In this document: in pieces, positions 59,167 to 63,009 of the stretch | Position numbering within the stretch: position 1 is the first letter of the stretch | Layout of the letters: each line of letters opens with the position of its first letter | Assembly (NCBI GenBank): GCA_038215615.1 | Contig: JBBQQR010000012.1 | Span: forward strand, 1 to 63,009 | Direction: 5' to 3' | Length of the DNA: 63,009 bases | Source of the DNA: Vulcanimicrobiales bacterium | GTDB taxonomy: Bacteria > Vulcanimicrobiota > Vulcanimicrobiia > Vulcanimicrobiales > Vulcanimicrobiaceae | Position numbers and translations under genes: made by a program | Notes under the pieces: generated by a model | Seen by the model: only the letters and a program-made list of their open reading frames with translations | What the model was told of the DNA's origin: nothing | The model's database searches: none

Positions 59167-62100
59167 CTAAATGATCCACCGGGTGAGCCACATGCGGTGG
59201 CTCCAGTGGTCCCACGGAATAGGTACGCCTGCCAGAACCGGATAGAACCAGACGAACGCGCCCACCACCGCTGCGACGTAACTACAGACGAGGATGCGGC
59301 TGGGCCACTTGCCGTCGTTGCTCGACTCGCCGAGCTGCCAAATACGCTGCAAAACGATCACGTTGCACAGCACGATGATCGGAATGTCAACATAAAAATG
59401 ATAGATGAACGTGATACGCGGCGAGCGCGCCCATGGCAGCCACTGCAACAAATACGCAATGACGAGGAGCGCATAGCCTTTGTTGCGTTCGCGCCACGCC
59501 AGGAAACCGACGATCGGCACGCACGCCAGTCCCGGCCACAAGATGAACGGATTGGGAAGCGACATGATCTCCGCCACGCAACAGGCCGTTGACTGGGCAG
59601 CCGCGATGCCGGTGCGCGAATCGTTCCAATAGTAGGCGATCGGGCGCAGATCGATCGGCCACGTCCAAAACGCCGACGCATACGGATGCGTCGCCTTCAG
59701 CGTGTCGTGATACATGAACATTGAGTACTGGCGGTAGACAAGATCCGTGAGATTCTTTATCTCGATTTGCCGGATGAAATCCGGAACCCAAACCAGCGCG
59801 TAGACGGTCATGCTCAAAAAAATCGTCGCAGCTATGGTAACGTCCAGACGAAATCCATATGGGTTGCCCCAAGCCTTCAGCTTGCCGACGTTCCAATAGC
59901 GCTGCGCCCAGACGAACGCGATGACCACGAACGAAACGCCGTACGCCATCACGCCGTACCATTTGCTCGCGACCAGCGCGCCCAAGAGAATAGTGAAGAC
60001 GATCAACCACGCGCCGGCATGGCGCCCTTCTTGCGTTTCAAACTCGCTCGTGGTCACCAATCCGGGCGAATACGTCGCCGACCCATCCGGAGTTTGATAG
60101 CGTACCGTGCCGTCGCGCTCGTACTCGGCTTTCAGAGCATCCTGCGCAATCTGCAGCGTTTTTGCGCGAACGGCGCGGCCGTCCGGGGTTTCTAGCACTG
60201 CTGCACCGCCCTGACGCAATAGGCGCGAACCCTCCGGATACGACCCGAACTCGCCGGACCGGCCGAGCAGGCGCGGCACGATCGCCAGGCGCAGCAGCAG
60301 GTAGAGTCCGCACGCCAGATACAGCGCCGTCACCACGAATGCCGCGCGCGATTGGTGAAACGGCAAAGTCACGAGGGCGCTAAGCGCAGATCCTCCGGCC
60401 AGCGCAACAAGCGCCGAAATTCCCGCGCGTGAAAACGTGTCCGGTTCGTGTGCCCGTAACGTCGACTGCGACGCGATCCAAAAACGGTAGAACGCGTAGA
60501 GCGTGCCGAGCGCGAAAACGACGACGATGCCCTCGGGCGTCGCGATGCGGGACTGAACGAAGTGCATGCCGTCGGCGGTAAAAATGATCGCGGCGAATGA
60601 CGCAAATAACGTCGCGCGCGTCAATCTTTTCGCAAAAATATAAATCAGCACGATCGCAAACGCGCCGAATACGACGTCCAAAAAACGCCAGCCGTGCGCA
60701 TTATCCCCGCCGAAGAGCATCGTGGATACCGTGATGATAAGCTTCGTTAGCGGCGGGTGTGTGTTCTCGTAGATGTACTTATGCGAGAGATACTCTTCGG
60801 CCGCGCGAGCGAAGTAAATTTCATCAAAAATCTTGCCCTTAGGAGCCCAGTAGTTCACGTATGACAAGATAAATGAAATGGTGCCGAACAGTGCGGCCAA
60901 TCCATAGTCGAGCGGCCATACCATGCGCGCCAAACCCTCGCGCGGGTCGAACCATGCGCGTGCTTTCAACCCGCGTAAGGGTTCCATAAAAGCATCGCGC
61001 AGTGAAGGCTCGCCGGCGGCCGCAGCCTTTGCCGCGGGCACCTCTTGTGGGGTCTGCCCTAAATAGATGTATCCTAAGTAGAAAAATGCCAGGACGTTAA
61101 GAGCCGAGAGCGGGTGCGTCAACAGCGGCCACATGTCCCGCGCGTTCACGCCCGGGATACTTTGCACGACGACCGTGAGGTACGTCAGTGAGTAAAACAG
61201 ATTGACGAGCAGCGTAACGGAAAAGATCGCCGCCGACCAGGCGTAACGTCGTGCCACGGGCGCGGCCGCAATCGTGAACAGCAGTCCATCGAAAAGATAC
61301 CGCTCGTGCATGCGCGTCGAGAGCATAAAGAAGGCCAGCGTCGAAAGCGCGGCGGCTTCGACGAACGCTTCCTGCGTGCGCGACTGCGCATACCGCACTA
61401 AAATCAGCACGAGCGCAATACCCGCAAGCACGACACCCCAAAGGTATTGCGGCCAGACGGCAATCAGCTGCGAGTCGGGCTGCCAAAATGGATGGACGAT
61501 GGACCACAGATTGAACGCGTTGACCGAATTGACGGCGTAGACATCTTTGCCGACTTCGTAGCGCTGGTACAGCCACGACAATGCGGCGACGGGGTTAGCG
61601 GTGGGATGGAACGGCACCGTCAAGAGAAATGCGAACGCGATCGCTGCAATGATACCAACACCGGTGGCCACGAGACGTCGCGATCTCAAATCGGGCGAGA
61701 CGAAAGCGAAGACGATAAAGAGCGGAACGAGCGCCGCCGCCTGCGGTTTTATCAGCAGGGAGTACGCCAGCAGCAGCCACGCGACGGGAATGCGCCACGC
61801 AAAACCCTCGGAAAAATCAGCCGAGCGTAAAAGTAAATACGCCGCGCCCAACGCCAGCCCGGCGGCGACCGAATCAACTTGCCCCCAAGACGCAGAAATG
61901 AAAATCACGGCTGGATTCAAGGCGAAAAACGCCGCGGCTCCCAGCGCCCAGCGTTCCGAAGCGTAGCGCCGCACGAGCAGATAGAGCAGCGCGGCGTCGA
62001 CGAGATCCATCAGGATCGCCGGCATCTTCACCAGCACGCGGAGCACGTCGAAATTCCCGTGCGGTGAGATCACCGAGTAGACGTGGCCGACGACCCATAA

Positions 62101-62298
62101 GATGTAAAAGTACCCGGTCGGGTAGTCGACGAATTTCGTCGACGCATAGAACTGCGACATCGGGTGAGTGGCCAGCGTCAGCGCCCACGCTTCGAACGAT
62201 TCGATATCGTTTTTGAAACCTTGATCGCCGATGAAAAACAGCCGGACGACGAATGCCGCCAGCAAGAGGAGCAAGAGACGAGGCCTTACCGAGGTCAC
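59167..62298 (-). CDS. Double GT-C fold glycosyltransferase: N-terminal membrane GT plus PMT-type protein O-mannosyltransferase
   Basis: N-half has DYP, WGQVD, IKPQ, RMHERY; C-half has IFDEIYF, HPPL, SKW, HPYASAFWTWP, FIYHF. Confidence 0.75.
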   Translation of the reverse strand: MTSVRPRLLLLLLAAFVVRLFFIGDQGFKNDIESFEAWALTLATHPMSQFYASTKFVDYPTGYFYILWVVGHVYSVISPHGNFDVLRVLVKMPAILMDLVDAALLYLLVRRYASERWALGAAAFFALNPAVIFISASWGQVDSVAAGLALGAAYLLLRSADFSEGFAWRIPVAWLLLAYSLLIKPQAAALVPLFIVFAFVSPDLRSRRLVATGVGIIAAIAFAFLLTVPFHPTANPVAALSWLYQRYEVGKDVYAVNSVNAFNLWSIVHPFWQPDSQLIAVWPQYLWGVVLAGIALVLILVRYAQSRTQEAFVEAAALSTLAFFMLSTRMHERYLFDGLLFTIAAAPVARRYAWSAAIFSVTLLVNLFYSLTYLTVVVQSIPGVNARDMWPLLTHPLSALNVLAFFYLGYIYLGQTPQEVPAAKAAAAGEPSLRDAFMEPLRGLKARAWFDPREGLARMVWPLDYGLAALFGTISFILSYVNYWAPKGKIFDEIYFARAAEEYLSHKYIYENTHPPLTKLIITVSTMLFGGDNAHGWRFLDVVFGAFAIVLIYIFAKRLTRATLFASFAAIIFTADGMHFVQSRIATPEGIVVVFALGTLYAFYRFWIASQSTLRAHEPDTFSRAGISALVALAGGSALSALVTLPFHQSRAAFVVTALYLACGLYLLLRLAIVPRLLGRSGEFGSYPEGSRLLRQGGAAVLETPDGRAVRAKTLQIAQDALKAEYERDGTVRYQTPDGSATYSPGLVTTSEFETQEGRHAGAWLIVFTILLGALVASKWYGVMAYGVSFVVIAFVWAQRYWNVGKLKAWGNPYGFRLDVTIAATIFLSMTVYALVWVPDFIRQIEIKNLTDLVYRQYSMFMYHDTLKATHPYASAFWTWPIDLRPIAYYWNDSRTGIAAAQSTACCVAEIMSLPNPFILWPGLACVPIVGFLAWRERNKGYALLVIAYLLQWLPWARSPRITFIYHFYVDIPIIVLCNVIVLQRIWQLGESSNDGKWPSRILVCSYVAAVVGAFVWFYPVLAGVPIPWDHWSHRMWLTRWII

Positions 62299-63009
62299 GT
62301 CGATGCCAGTTCGAGCGAACTCAAGAGAAACTCCCGCACTTGCTTCACGGGGTGCCGTTCCACGACCGCAAGATGTCCGGCAGCGGCTTGATTGGCTGCA
62401 TCGCGCGCGCCGAGTTCGTCAAGCGCCTCCACTACCGCACCCACCGTACCTGTGTCGAGCGTTTCGCCGCGAGCGTATGCTGCCGCAATGCGGCCGCGTG
62501 CGGCCGAAGGCCGCTGCGCCAGCGCCCACACGACCGGGAAAGTCCACTTGCGGCGCGCGATGTCATTTCCGGAGACTTTTCCGGTCGCATCGAGCGTTCC
62601 CCAGATCCCCAGCACGTCGTCACGAATCTGGAACGCCATTCCAAAGGCGCGGCCGAGCTCGCGGTAACGCAGGACCGCTTCACCGTCACACGGCGCGCAT
62701 AACGCACCCAGCTGCGAGGATGCGCCGAAGAGCGCCGCGGTTTTTGCGCCGATCATCCGGTTGTACGCTTCCAGGTCCACTTGCCCGGCGCGTTCGTAGG
62801 CCAGATCCATCGACTGCCCGTCGCACATCGTCGCATGCGCCTCGTGCAGCGCGCGAACCATCCGCACCACGCGCTGATCCGAATGCCGCGCGACGCTGTT
62901 GGTCAGCACGAGAAAACTTATCGCGCACAGCGCGTCGCCGGCGTTGAGCGCTTGAGGAATGCCGTAGACGGCCCAAACCGTCCGGCGGCCGCGGCGCAGC
63001 TCGTCGTTA
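62295..63009 (-). CDS. Polyprenyl diphosphate synthase, 5' end outside the window
   Basis: RRGRRTVW, NAGDAL, GQSMDL, KTAALF, AFQIRDD. Confidence 0.9.
   Translation of the reverse strand, partial: NDELRRGRRTVWAVYGIPQALNAGDALCAISFLVLTNSVARHSDQRVVRMVRALHEAHATMCDGQSMDLAYERAGQVDLEAYNRMIGAKTAALFGASSQLGALCAPCDGEAVLRYRELGRAFGMAFQIRDDVLGIWGTLDATGKVSGNDIARRKWTFPVVWALAQRPSAARGRIAAAYARGETLDTGTVGAVVEALDELGARDAANQAAAGHLAVVERHPVKQVREFLLSSLELAST

Overview
This is a GC-rich, gene-dense core chromosomal window from a Terrabacteria-type bacterium. Gene style and content suggest Candidatus Eremiobacterota/Vulcanimicrobiota, but that is an unverified inference. It carries an SOS-boxed imuA-imuB cassette, hydantoinase A/B, and a blaI-M56 protease/pentapeptide-repeat operon. 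A long minus-strand run follows (dppB, fliA, ftsY, recA, recX, two-component system, hpt, GH125, purA, fliJ-like, trpE, trpG, aroF, fliO-like). Then come hppA, LemA/TPM genes, the rpmG-secE-nusG-rplKA-rplJL cluster with six tRNAs, a Bacillus-like yacL-ispDF-(gltX fragment)-cysES-rlmB-sigH block, fakA-plsX-degV-hemW, rpmB, thiL, rpe, a PASTA protein, yebC, a double GT-C glycosyltransferase and a partial polyprenyl synthase. Most notable findings: (1) a BlaI/BlaR-like system whose sensor is a CxxC pentapeptide beta-helix, with a secreted paralogue and two visible operators; (2) an unannotated Tyr/Trp leader-peptide attenuator (YSYWWY) controlling aroF; (3) decayed HNH and PD-(D/E)XK endonuclease genes directly 5' of both tRNA-Thr genes; (4) a LexA box in front of ftsY-recA-recX; (5) a stand-alone GluRS anticodon-binding domain at the gltX position; (6) purA and thiL lack canonical start codons. 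All calls come from manual reading; no database searches were run.
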